Assembly: GCA_042566005.1 (NCBI GenBank)
Contig: JBHORO010000001.1
Coordinates: 9,823-73,822, forward strand
DNA from: Verrucomicrobiota bacterium
GTDB taxonomy: Bacteria > Verrucomicrobiota > Kiritimatiellia > Kiritimatiellales > JBHORO01
Direction: 5' to 3'
DNA length: 64,000 nucleotides
Position 1 is the stretch's first letter; each line of letters begins with the position of its first letter. The translations under genes and the position numbers were made by a program. Of this stretch, positions 45,087 through 54,067 are shown in pieces. The notes under the pieces are model-generated. The model searched no databases and was not told where the DNA came from. It saw nothing but the letters and a program-made list of their open reading frames with translations.

Positions 45087-46277
45087 TTACGGCGACCACG
45101 ACGGCGAGAACCAATCTCCAGCGCCGAGTTTCAAAGCTACAGGAGGATCATTCAAAGTGTCAAGGCGGTAGAGGCTGGAACGGTAGCGTTCTATGCGGGT
45201 ACAGACGATATGACGTCCATCCGGCGCCCAACTCAAATCCTCGTAATCCGCCCAGTCACTCTCCAGCACACGAGCCTCTCGCGTTTGGGGGTTGATAATG
45301 GCCGGGCGGAACCTGCCGCCCTCACGCGTTGTGAAGGCAATCCAGCCGTTCGGCCCCCAATCCGGCGCCACATTCTGCGTCCCGCGGCTGGTCAACCGAC
45401 GCGGCCGTCCGCCGTCCTTGGAAATCACATACAATTGCGGACGGCCACTGGTGTCGGACACATAAACCAACTGCTTGCCATCAGGCGACCACGACGGACT
45501 CGCCTCTACCGCGCGCGTTTTGGTTAAACGCGTCAGCCGGCCCGACTTCAAATCTTTCAAATACAACTCCGGGTTGCCATCCTTGGAAAGAACCAACGCG
45601 ACCTGTCGCCCATCCGGCGAAATCGAAGCCGTGGCATTCAGGCCGCCATAGGCAGCAATCAGCGTGCGACGACGCGTCTGCATATCGATCATATAGCAAT
45701 CCGGGAAGCCGCGCAGATAGGAGGTGTATGTCAACATCCGCCCCTTTGGACCCCAGTTGGGCGCCAGACTGAGCTTCCCGTCGCGGGTCAGCTGGCGCAA
45801 GTTGGTGCCATCGTAATCGCAGGTATAAATCTCTTTTTTGCCGTCGCGCGAACCGACCAGCGCGATTTTCGAGGACGCGATCCCCGGCTTACCGGTTACC
45901 GCCGCCACAATTTCATCGGCCACTTTATGCGCCAACTGCTGCACCGATTGCGGCGAAGCGGAATAGGCTTTGCCCAAAACCTGGCGGTTTTCCATTACCT
46001 TAACCGCGCGCACACTGGCCGAGACCTTTCCGCCCGACTGGCGAACCGAGCCCTGCAGGCGCACCTCGGCACCCTGCGATGAAATACGGAACCAGCCGGA
46101 ACTCTCTAAGTCACGGCGTAGCGTTGTCGCAAAGGCGCGCGAAGCGGTGTCGCCCGCCGTACTCAAGGCCGACATATCCAAAACGGCCTTTTGATAGGCC
46201 GTTTTTGTCACTCTGATTTGCGCGTTAGCGCCGGCAGCCGCCAGAACCGCAGCCGCACAAAAAGATGCTCGCTTCAC
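45087..46277 (-). CDS. tolB: TolB-like periplasmic beta-propeller protein
   Basis: Has a signal peptide, a TolB_N-like domain, and repeated PD40 motifs (SPDGRQVA, SWSPDGKQLVYVSD, APDWGPNG, SWAPDGRHIV). Its GTG start overlaps the upstream TGA stop (GTGA). Confidence 0.88.
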   Translation of the reverse strand: MKRASFCAAAVLAAAGANAQIRVTKTAYQKAVLDMSALSTAGDTASRAFATTLRRDLESSGWFRISSQGAEVRLQGSVRQSGGKVSASVRAVKVMENRQVLGKAYSASPQSVQQLAHKVADEIVAAVTGKPGIASSKIALVGSRDGKKEIYTCDYDGTNLRQLTRDGKLSLAPNWGPKGRMLTYTSYLRGFPDCYMIDMQTRRRTLIAAYGGLNATASISPDGRQVALVLSKDGNPELYLKDLKSGRLTRLTKTRAVEASPSWSPDGKQLVYVSDTSGRPQLYVISKDGGRPRRLTSRGTQNVAPDWGPNGWIAFTTREGGRFRPAIINPQTREARVLESDWADYEDLSWAPDGRHIVCTRIERYRSSLYRLDTLNDPPVALKLGAGDWFSPSWSP

Positions 46278-47050
46278 TCTCCCTCTCCCTCTTTCGGCTG
46301 CAGGGTCGGATACAATAGCGACACAAACTCCTTCACGGTCGCCTCGTATTCCTTGGAATCCCTATCGCGATGGCCGGACACTGCGATATAGGCCCACCTG
46401 TGCGCCTGGCTGTGGAATACGCGGTCCCACGCCAGCCAGAACATACGCATATAGTGCGACGAAGTCTCACGGTTCAGGCCGGCAAACCAGTAAGCATAAT
46501 AGCTGTGAAAGGCAATTTCGTTGTTATACCCGAGCAGATCACTTTCAATGACACGCACTCCCATGTTGCGCCCTTCCGTTTCCAGCGGGACATCCAAGTC
46601 GTGCTCGACCAAGTTCTTATGCCCCTGACCCGGCAAACAGCGCTGCGGACGGTGAATACTGCCTCGTTCCGCACCGGAAAGTACGATGGAAACAAACACG
46701 CGCCCCCCGGCATCATTGGTGTAAGCCGACTTAACAAACTGCGTGTCCTTCGGGAGCACATCGTACTCCTCTTTACTCATCGTATGCAGAGCAGAACCGC
46801 ACTCCGGGCAAATATCCGCAATCTCGAGCTCGTCGACATGCCCGCTCCAACGACGATCCTCCGGCTGGCAGGTGGTGCTGTGACAGTAGCGCAGTTCCCG
46901 CCCGCGCCAGTTACCCAGCTCTTGCGGCAGTGCCATGCGAATGCCCGGCGTATCCACCAAACTGACGTCCACGCCGACCGCCAGTGCAAAACAAGCCAAT
47001 ACCAACAGGCCGATAACTATGAGATAAGGTCTAAAATCTTTGCTTTCCAT
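46274..47050 (-). CDS. EpsI-family (exosortase-associated) protein with a 4-Cys insertion
   Basis: Has an N-terminal TM anchor and the EpsI-type motif LPQELGNWRGREL. The insertion is YCHSTTCQPEDRRWSGHVDELEIADICPECGSALH. It overlaps the exosortase gene by 34 nt and tolB by 4 nt. Confidence 0.65.
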   Translation of the reverse strand: MESKDFRPYLIVIGLLVLACFALAVGVDVSLVDTPGIRMALPQELGNWRGRELRYCHSTTCQPEDRRWSGHVDELEIADICPECGSALHTMSKEEYDVLPKDTQFVKSAYTNDAGGRVFVSIVLSGAERGSIHRPQRCLPGQGHKNLVEHDLDVPLETEGRNMGVRVIESDLLGYNNEIAFHSYYAYWFAGLNRETSSHYMRMFWLAWDRVFHSQAHRWAYIAVSGHRDRDSKEYEATVKEFVSLLYPTLQPKEGEGE

Positions 47051-48039
47051 TTTTTGAATCGCTCCCTGAATCCAACATTAAACATAGCACCCAGCGCCAC
47101 CATCATTGAAATGGAGACCGTAAAAAGAATGTAGCCGGAAAAGTCGTGGTAAACACCCAAAGCAATCTCACGACCCACAACCTGCGACATCACCGCAATG
47201 GTTGTAATACGTCCGATATTACCGAAAACCGCCAGCGGAATGGAACAGCAGAACAACAACCACTGCTTGGCCAGCGTCCTCTGGGTCGCATACGCGTACA
47301 CCGCCGTCAACGCCGTCATCGCCAGGAGCGATCGCAGACCGGAACAGGGGTCCGCCACGTCCAGCGGAATCTCGTGGTTCGGCCCGACCCAAATCGCAGA
47401 ACCGCGCTGCAACGCCTCAACCCCGATAACATTAAGAAAAATGGTCGCCATTTTTGCCGACAACATACGCAACGGAAAGGCCAGCGCATCCAGGAAGTTC
47501 AGCGGCACGCAAAAAATCAAATAGGTGCAGGGGAAGATCAACACCTTCGCCAGCTGCCAACCACACAAATAGAACGGCACACCCCAAATCATCATTATCA
47601 GACTCACCAGCGAAAGACGCGTCTGCTGAATTTTGGCACCCAGCCAGTGAAGCAACAACGCACCGACAATCACCCACAGCCCGTACTTGTTCGTTTTCTT
47701 TTCCGCGCTGATCAGCTTATCCCGGCGCCACCAACAAACACCGATCGATACGAACGGAATCAAAAAACCGTGCGAGTAATCAGCACCGAACGAAACCTTA
47801 TCCCCCCAACGGGCAACCATCCAAACGAAGGCAGAGCGACTATTTACATCGCCAACCATGTTCCCGAACAGATGAAACAGCATATAGAGAAGACCCATTA
47901 TAATGGCCATGAAACCAATTTGAACCAACTCGCGCCGTTCAAGCACAGCGAGTCGCCAGCGCTCACTCCAGATTCGCTTTGAAAATTCCGCCCTTACCTG
48001 CTCATCAGCCATAATTTCCCTCTCCATCGGGGTCTGCAC
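47017..48039 (-). CDS. exosortase-family transpeptidase (EpsH/Xrt-like)
   Basis: Polytopic membrane ORF carrying the family's Cys/Arg/His signature: DPCSGLRSL, FGNIGRITTIAV and YHDFSGYILF. The start is ambiguous: GTG 48039, ATG 48027, or ATG 48012. The last has a GAGAGGGA SD. Confidence 0.8.
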   Translation of the reverse strand: MQTPMEREIMADEQVRAEFSKRIWSERWRLAVLERRELVQIGFMAIIMGLLYMLFHLFGNMVGDVNSRSAFVWMVARWGDKVSFGADYSHGFLIPFVSIGVCWWRRDKLISAEKKTNKYGLWVIVGALLLHWLGAKIQQTRLSLVSLIMMIWGVPFYLCGWQLAKVLIFPCTYLIFCVPLNFLDALAFPLRMLSAKMATIFLNVIGVEALQRGSAIWVGPNHEIPLDVADPCSGLRSLLAMTALTAVYAYATQRTLAKQWLLFCCSIPLAVFGNIGRITTIAVMSQVVGREIALGVYHDFSGYILFTVSISMMVALGAMFNVGFRERFKKWKAKILDLIS

Positions 48040-48117
48040 AGAAAACCATCAAAGTACATAAGCGTCCCGAAAATTGCCAGTTCTCATTATCAGAGAAAAC
48101 CAACCCCGAAACGCGCA

Positions 48118-48156
48118 TTTAAAAATGACGCGGCCCGTTGCAACCGTCCCGCGCCC
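48118..48156 (-). terminator. possible terminator after fmt
   Basis: A GC-rich imperfect hairpin (plus-strand 48128-48154) is followed on the minus strand by CATTTTTAAA. It sits in the 137-nt fmt-exosortase spacer. Confidence 0.3.
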
Positions 48157-48176
48157 ACGTGAACTCCGCCCGACAA

Positions 48177-49112
48177 TCAGGCCAGCCGATCCCCAACCGC
48201 AATCTTGCGGCCATTCAAATAAGCCTTCCCGTTCATCACCTTACGCCCCTGCGGCTGAACCCCAACCAAACGCACCGCGCGGTCGCCGCAGGCAATCAAC
48301 GGACCATCTCCGTCACACGCCAAAACCTCACCCGGTGCGCCAGCCACATCCTCAACCTGCACCGCGAGAACCTTCAACACATCCCCGCTGCCCGCCGGAG
48401 CCTCGGTGAAGCAGCTCGGCCACGGATTAAACGCGCGCACCCGATTGCGAACCTCCTCTGCCGGCAACGACCAGTCAATATGGCCGTCATGCTTCGTCAA
48501 CTTACGCACCTCCACCGCCTGCGAATGATCCTGCGGAGTTCGCACCTCAGCTCCCTCACGAACCTGAGCGATCACCTCAAGCAGCATATCGCCGCCGAAA
48601 ACAGCGAGCTTATCGTGCAAAATCCCGGCCGTATCATCCGGCTCGATCACGAAATCCTTCTGCGCCAGCATATCGCCCGCGTCCATCTCCTTAGCCACAT
48701 CAATAATTGTGACTCCCGTGATCGCATCCCCGTTCAACAACGACCACTGAATCGGCGCCGCACCGCGGTATTTAGGCAGCAGCGACGGATGCATGTTAAT
48801 GCCGCGGTGTTCAGCCAGAGCCAGAACCCGCTCCGGGATATACTGACCGTAAGCCACCACCACAAACAGATCCGGCTTCAACTCTGCCAGCGCGGCCACG
48901 CTATCTTCCGAGCCGACCTTTTCCGGAGTCAGCACATTCAGCCCCAATTCCAGAGCCGCCGCCTTGACCGGACACGGACTCAACACGCGCTTGCGCCCCT
49001 TCGGACGATCAGGCTGCGTAATCACGCCCACGACCTCGTCCTTGCCGGCCGCCACAATTTTCTCCAGCGACGGAATCGCAATGTCCGCCGAACCCATAAA
49101 AACAATCCGCAT
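48177..49112 (-). CDS. fmt: methionyl-tRNA formyltransferase
   Basis: Begins MRIVFMGSADIAIPSLEKI and contains VVAYGQYIP and INMHPSLLPKYRGAAPIQW. The ATG at 49112 is preceded by AAGGAG. The ORF track extends to 49148. Confidence 0.94.
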   Translation of the reverse strand: MRIVFMGSADIAIPSLEKIVAAGKDEVVGVITQPDRPKGRKRVLSPCPVKAAALELGLNVLTPEKVGSEDSVAALAELKPDLFVVVAYGQYIPERVLALAEHRGINMHPSLLPKYRGAAPIQWSLLNGDAITGVTIIDVAKEMDAGDMLAQKDFVIEPDDTAGILHDKLAVFGGDMLLEVIAQVREGAEVRTPQDHSQAVEVRKLTKHDGHIDWSLPAEEVRNRVRAFNPWPSCFTEAPAGSGDVLKVLAVQVEDVAGAPGEVLACDGDGPLIACGDRAVRLVGVQPQGRKVMNGKAYLNGRKIAVGDRLA

Positions 49113-49224
49113 AAAAAATCTCCTTATATCCCGCCATGGAACCTGCAAACGCGCCCGATTTCAACCCGTAATTAACGCCACTCCGCTGTTTTCCCCGTAA
49201 AAAAATCCTGCTAGGTTCGCGGAC

Positions 49225-50415
49225 ATGTATCTCGACCATTTAGACAAACTAGCGGAAACCGCGCAAAAGCTGGACCTGAAAGCCCCGGCCAAGATCCTTT
49301 TCGGCGCAGGCAAACTCGACCAACTGACCAACCTCACCACCGAACTCGCCGGAGCGAATGCAAAATGCGCGCTTTTCGGAGGCAGATCCACCGCGCCCCT
49401 GCTCGAACGGGCCGCCGCACAACTGCGTAACGCAGGCTTCATCTGCGAAACGTTCAGCGGCATCAGCGGCGAACCGACACCCGAATCGGTCGACGCGGTC
49501 ACCGCGAAAGCACGCGAAATTAAACCCGACCTGATCATCGCGCTCGGCGGCGGAAGCGTAATTGATACCGCCAAGGCGGTCGCCGCTCTCACAACCAACA
49601 GCGGCCACATCGAAGAGTTCCTCGAAGGCGTCGGCACCGGCCGCACGATTGAAACAGACCCGCTGCCGATGATCGCCATTCCGACCACGTCCGGCACCGG
49701 CGCGGAAATGACAAAAAACGCGGTCATTACCTCCTACGAAAGGCAGTACAAAAAGAGCTTCCGCGACGAGCGCATGATTCCGAACGCGGTCATTCTCGAC
49801 CCCGAGCTCACCTTCAGCGCGCCAGCAGGCGTCACCGCTACGACCGGGATGGATGCACTTACGCAACTGCTCGAGTCCTGCATTTCCAGCCGCCGTACCC
49901 CGGCCACCTGCGCACTTGCATACGAGGCGCTCAAAAAAACACCAGAGGCCCTGCTCGCCTGCTTCAACAACCCACAAGACCCGGACGCGCACGAAACCAT
50001 GATGCTCGCCTCGGCGATCAGCGGGATCTGCCTGGCCAACTCGGGACTCGGCCTGGCGCACGGTATTGCGGCCGCACTCGGCGCACTACATAAAGTTCCG
50101 CACGGGATCGCCTGCGGCATTCTGCTGCCACACGTGATTGAATACAACGCCACCGGTTGCATTGATGAACTTCGCGAAGCGTTTGCGTCTATGCTCGGCC
50201 AGCCCTCTGCCACCAGCGACACGGTTGAGCGCGGAATCGACAAACTCAAGAATCTGCTGCCTGCGCTGGATGTACCCGTCGACCTGAAGCACCTGAACTT
50301 GTCCGAGGAAGAGCTGCGCCTGCTCGCTGAAAAATCGAAAGGCAACAGCCTGAACGGAAACCCGATCCCGATGGATTCCGATTCGGTTTACAATTTCCTG
50401 CAGACAATCAGCTAA
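49225..50415 (+). CDS. iron-containing (group III) alcohol dehydrogenase family protein
   Basis: 396-aa ORF with ALGGGSVIDTAKAVA, IPTTSGTGAEMT, and His-rich metal-site segments (GLAHGIAAALG, HGIACGILLPHV). Confidence 0.85.
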   Translation: MYLDHLDKLAETAQKLDLKAPAKILFGAGKLDQLTNLTTELAGANAKCALFGGRSTAPLLERAAAQLRNAGFICETFSGISGEPTPESVDAVTAKAREIKPDLIIALGGGSVIDTAKAVAALTTNSGHIEEFLEGVGTGRTIETDPLPMIAIPTTSGTGAEMTKNAVITSYERQYKKSFRDERMIPNAVILDPELTFSAPAGVTATTGMDALTQLLESCISSRRTPATCALAYEALKKTPEALLACFNNPQDPDAHETMMLASAISGICLANSGLGLAHGIAAALGALHKVPHGIACGILLPHVIEYNATGCIDELREAFASMLGQPSATSDTVERGIDKLKNLLPALDVPVDLKHLNLSEEELRLLAEKSKGNSLNGNPIPMDSDSVYNFLQTIS

Positions 50416-50430
50416 AACGCATCGCCCACA

Positions 50431-50466
50431 AAAAAAAGCCGTGAAGGAATCCTTCACGGCTTTTTG
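50431..50466. terminator. bidirectional rho-independent terminator between the ADH gene and the GT39-like gene
   Basis: AAAAAAAA-GCCGTGAAGG-AAT-CCTTCACGGC-TTTTT, a 10-bp perfect stem. A 12-nt palindrome, CCGCCCGGGCGG, follows at 50472-50483. Confidence 0.85.
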
Positions 50467-50500
50467 GTTTACCGCCCGGGCGGCGTTCAGCTAGAGCGGA

Positions 50501-52267
50501 CTATTTCCCCTCTTCGCGCTGCTTAACCTCACTCCAGCGCACATAGTCAGTCAACAAATACTGACCGGGATACGGAGCGAGTCCGGACTGCAACGGGAAC
50601 TCCGGCGGGCGCTGCCCCACAGAGAGGTTAAACCATCCGGCTTCCTCTTCGAGCAGCTCGCTGGTGAACTTCTTGTCCTTCGTCAGCAAGGTAAAATAAA
50701 GGCCCTTAATGTCACGGCGATAATCATTAATCTCGTAGAACTGCTCAAGCGTCTTCGGCAAAGCCAGAGACACCCGGTTACCGTACCAGGCAGTCGCCCA
50801 CGGCATATCCGTACAAATCACCTCAGCCGGTTTATAAAAGCCGCAAATATGCTGAATTCCAGAGTAATAGTAAGTCGGGTACGGCATTTTCGGGCGCGGC
50901 GGCATCAGCGTCAGCACATACGGTGCCGCCATCAACACAACCATCGCGCCAACCGCGATCTGGTTCAGGAGCATAAACGGCAGCTCCATTTCTTCGAGAA
51001 TCATGAAGAAAAAGGCAACACCAAACAGCAACACCAGCGGCCAGAAAGCGTGGCACAAACGAACCGTTTCCGTGCCGAAAAACCCGCCAACCAGCAACAG
51101 CAACGCCAGAGTGACCAAACCGATGACGCGCAGAGACTGAGCATCTTTGCGCTCTACACGACGCAGATACGAAACGAGGAAGAATGAAGCCGCAATGCCG
51201 CCACTCGGGAAGAGGCCCGCTTTATAAACCGCAGAAATAGTAGACACCCACTTTGTCTTGGCGACCCCCAACAAGGTGCCAATCCCAAACGTACCCTCCA
51301 GATTGCGGCGCAGCGACTCAGCATCACCCAGGCCGCCTTCGCCCTCCAGCATGCAGTAAGGAGCAAGCCCGAACAGGCTCTGGCTCACCATCCAGTTGCG
51401 CGCAATCCACGGCGTGATCACTAAACCGAAAACCGCGAGGAAAAAGAGCGGCGGCAGCCAGCCCAGACGGCGGCGCCAGCAGTTAACTATGTAATAGAGA
51501 AATACGCCGAATCCTACTATGCCGGCCGCATAGCGGGTCAGAAACGCAAACCCCGCAAACAGTGCAGAGGCAATCAAAAGCAGCGACCAGCGGGCGGGCG
51601 CCTCATTGTGGCGCCAGCTGTACTCAGCGCACACGGCAAAATAAAACGCACCGATCACAAAGCAGGAAACCATCGGCAGGCCGATCCCGGCAATACTGTC
51701 CGCCCACACCATATCGCTCAAATAATAGAGCGTCGTGGCCCAAAACGAAACCTGCTCGTTATAGATACGGCGCGACAGCAGGTAAAGAAACAGCCCGGTC
51801 AGAAAAACATAAACATGATTGGTAGGAACGGAGAGCCAGCGCTCGGGTTCGAATACGCGCGACAGCTGCCGCCCTTCCGGGGGCGGAGCAAAAAGGTCGT
51901 GCCCCATTCCCTTTGCCGCCATCATCGGCACTGCCATGGCAAACGGATAGAGCGGAGCGCGGTAGAGATCCGGATGGAACTCAATTTTGGGATCTGCACC
52001 CGAATCTTCGCGCGTCAGGAAACTGATCGACTGAGGCCGCACATTCTGAGTAACAAAGCTTTTCTTCTCGGCCAAATTACGCGCAAGCTGCGCATAATCC
52101 ATCGAAGCCTCATCCTTAAACCCATGAAACTGCGTACCCGTATAAACCAGGCAGACAGCCATAAGAATTAACAGATACAAAACCATACGAATGAGCTTAA
52201 GGCCCACCCCCGAATCCACACTATAAATCAAGTCCTGTACGTTTGTCTGAAAGCCTTTTTTGGCCAT
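50501..52267 (-). CDS. ArnT/PMT-like (GT39/GT83-type) polytopic membrane glycosyltransferase
   Basis: 588-aa ORF with many TM segments. The first-loop acidic motif FKDEASMDYAQLARNLAE is typical of the GT-C ArnT/PMT_2 family. Confidence 0.6.
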   Translation of the reverse strand: MAKKGFQTNVQDLIYSVDSGVGLKLIRMVLYLLILMAVCLVYTGTQFHGFKDEASMDYAQLARNLAEKKSFVTQNVRPQSISFLTREDSGADPKIEFHPDLYRAPLYPFAMAVPMMAAKGMGHDLFAPPPEGRQLSRVFEPERWLSVPTNHVYVFLTGLFLYLLSRRIYNEQVSFWATTLYYLSDMVWADSIAGIGLPMVSCFVIGAFYFAVCAEYSWRHNEAPARWSLLLIASALFAGFAFLTRYAAGIVGFGVFLYYIVNCWRRRLGWLPPLFFLAVFGLVITPWIARNWMVSQSLFGLAPYCMLEGEGGLGDAESLRRNLEGTFGIGTLLGVAKTKWVSTISAVYKAGLFPSGGIAASFFLVSYLRRVERKDAQSLRVIGLVTLALLLLVGGFFGTETVRLCHAFWPLVLLFGVAFFFMILEEMELPFMLLNQIAVGAMVVLMAAPYVLTLMPPRPKMPYPTYYYSGIQHICGFYKPAEVICTDMPWATAWYGNRVSLALPKTLEQFYEINDYRRDIKGLYFTLLTKDKKFTSELLEEEAGWFNLSVGQRPPEFPLQSGLAPYPGQYLLTDYVRWSEVKQREEGK

Positions 52268-52466
52268 GGCGCCTCCGTGCGTTAAAAACGTACACTCTAT
52301 GTGTCAGCCACATTTTCTGCAACCAAAATTCTGGCTCGGCAAAGCATCCCAACACAAACGCAAAACAGCGCATCGCTTTCAAAGATCCCGCCGAAAAAAA
52401 ATCAAGTTGCTTTCAACGGACAAAAGGTCGGCCACAAAAACCAGACCATTTTACTCGGGATTACGC

Positions 52467-52495
52467 TTGAACATCATACCCATCAGGGGTATCAA
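52467..52495 (+). promoter_or_regulatory. sigma70-like promoter of the csoR-RND operon
   Basis: TTGAAC (52467-52472), a 17-nt spacer, then TATCAA (52490-52495). GGGAGG lies at 52507-52512 and the ATG at 52519. Confidence 0.55.
52476..52492. promoter_or_regulatory. CsoR-type operator (inverted repeat ATACCC-N5-GGGTAT)
   Basis: ATACCCATCAGGGGTAT read directly from the sequence. It matches the GC-rich TACCC...GGGTA pseudo-palindromes bound by CsoR-family repressors. It overlaps the spacer and -10 of the promoter above. Confidence 0.65.
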
Positions 52496-52518
52496 GGCAG
52501 ATACACAGGGAGGCCACA

Positions 52519-52800
52519 ATGAAAGCACACACCACCGCCCACACCGAAAACCTCGCCCGCCTATCCCGCATCGAAGGGCAGGTCCGCGCCGTCAAACGCA
52601 TGGTCGATGAAGGCGAGTACTGCATCGACATCATCACCCAGATCCAGGCCGCACGCTCCGCCCTGCAGGCGGTCAGCAAACGCATTCTCGAAAAACACCT
52701 CAAACACTGTGTCGCAGCGGCGATCCTCGAGCAGAACGAAACCGCGATCGAGCAAAAACTGGAAGAGATTATGAACGTGCTCAAACGCATGGAAAAATGA
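52519..52800 (+). CDS. csoR: CsoR/RcnR-family metal-sensing transcriptional repressor (Cu(I)-type C-H-C fingerprint)
   Basis: 93-aa ORF with LARLSRIEGQVRAVKRMVDEGEYCIDIITQI...KHLKHC. The Cys ... His-x3-Cys ligand pattern is present. Confidence 0.88.
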   Translation: MKAHTTAHTENLARLSRIEGQVRAVKRMVDEGEYCIDIITQIQAARSALQAVSKRILEKHLKHCVAAAILEQNETAIEQKLEEIMNVLKRMEK

Positions 52801-52810
52801 GGAACAACCC

Positions 52811-54067
52811 ATGTTCAGACAGACGATCATTCTGACGATTCTTTTGCCGCTGACAGCTCACACGGAAACACTGAACGACTACTTGAACGAGGCCGCCAAA
52901 AACAACCCCCAACTGGCCGCGGCCTACAACCAATGGCAGGCGAGCAGCGAACAGATCAAACAGCAAAAATCACTGCCCGACCCGACCATCTCCTACGCCT
53001 ACTATTTTGACAAAGTCGAAACGCGCGTCGGCCCGCAGGAACAGCGATTCGGCATCACTCAGAAATTCCCGACCTTCGGCAAACGTTCCCTGAAAAGAAA
53101 AGCCGCCACCGAATCCGCCGCCGCGGCGGGGGAGCGCTACAAAAAAGTCCTGCTGAATTTGAATACCCAGGTAACCCGCGCCTACTCCGAACTCTGGTTT
53201 CTGCAGCGCAGCATCAATATCACGCGCAAACGTATCCACCTGCTTAGCCAGCTCGAACAGGTTGCACGTACCCGCTACAAAACCGGCGGATCCATGGCGC
53301 CCGTCACCCAGGCGCAGATGGAGCTCGGCAAACTGGAAGACCGCCTGCTCTCGCTGGAAGATCTGCGCCAACCGCTGAATGCAACGTTAAACGCCCTGCT
53401 CAACCGCCCGTCCGGCTCCCCCCTGCCCCTTCCCGCGACCCTTCCCTTCACCCCCGTCCCAACCAATAGCGAAACCCTGTTTGCAGAGTTAGCCGAAAAC
53501 AGCCCGGAGCTGGCCGGACTCGGCTATGCACTCAAAGGCGCCGAGCACCGTGAAAAACTGGCGCGGCGCGAATGGCTGCCGGACCTGACACTCGGCCTGC
53601 AGTATATCGACACCGGCGACGCCATCATGCCCACAGCTGAAAGCGGAAAGGATCCGATCATAGGCACAGTGAGCATTAACCTGCCGTTATGGTTCGACAA
53701 AAACAGCGCCCGCATACGTGAAGCCGGTTACCAAAAAACCGCCGCCATACTCACCCTCGAAAACCGACAGCAGACGCTCGAAGCGAATATAAAAAAGACC
53801 CTTTTCAAACTGCGGGACGCTGAGCGGAAAATCGGACTCTACAAGAACGGACTGATCCCGAAAGCGGAACAGGCGCTGGAAGTGACGCAACAGGGGTATA
53901 AATCCGGCAAACTCGAATTCATCAACCTGATTGACGCCGAGCGCCAGCTGCTCGAATTTGAACTCACCTGCGAACGGGCCCGCGCCAACCATCTCCAACA
54001 CCGCGCCGAGTTATCAGTACAGAGCGGAATCGACTTTCTGACCGGAGGAACTCATGAAACAAATTAA
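52811..54067 (+). CDS. TolC/CusC-like outer-membrane efflux protein
   Basis: 418-aa ORF with a signal peptide and two OEP-type repeats. It is the first structural gene of the RND operon and overlaps the next gene by 14 nt. Confidence 0.85.
   Translation: MFRQTIILTILLPLTAHTETLNDYLNEAAKNNPQLAAAYNQWQASSEQIKQQKSLPDPTISYAYYFDKVETRVGPQEQRFGITQKFPTFGKRSLKRKAATESAAAAGERYKKVLLNLNTQVTRAYSELWFLQRSINITRKRIHLLSQLEQVARTRYKTGGSMAPVTQAQMELGKLEDRLLSLEDLRQPLNATLNALLNRPSGSPLPLPATLPFTPVPTNSETLFAELAENSPELAGLGYALKGAEHREKLARREWLPDLTLGLQYIDTGDAIMPTAESGKDPIIGTVSINLPLWFDKNSARIREAGYQKTAAILTLENRQQTLEANIKKTLFKLRDAERKIGLYKNGLIPKAEQALEVTQQGYKSGKLEFINLIDAERQLLEFELTCERARANHLQHRAELSVQSGIDFLTGGTHETN

Noticed and set aside
49161-49727. 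A 188-aa minus-strand ORF overlapping the start of the alcohol dehydrogenase gene. The same applies to the 270-aa and 203-aa minus-strand ORFs at 49249-50061 and 49734-50345.
   Set aside because: They are antisense to a well-supported Fe-ADH gene with GGGSVIDTAKA and His-cluster motifs. Their composition is Ala/Arg/Ser-rich, which is typical of GC-rich shadow frames.
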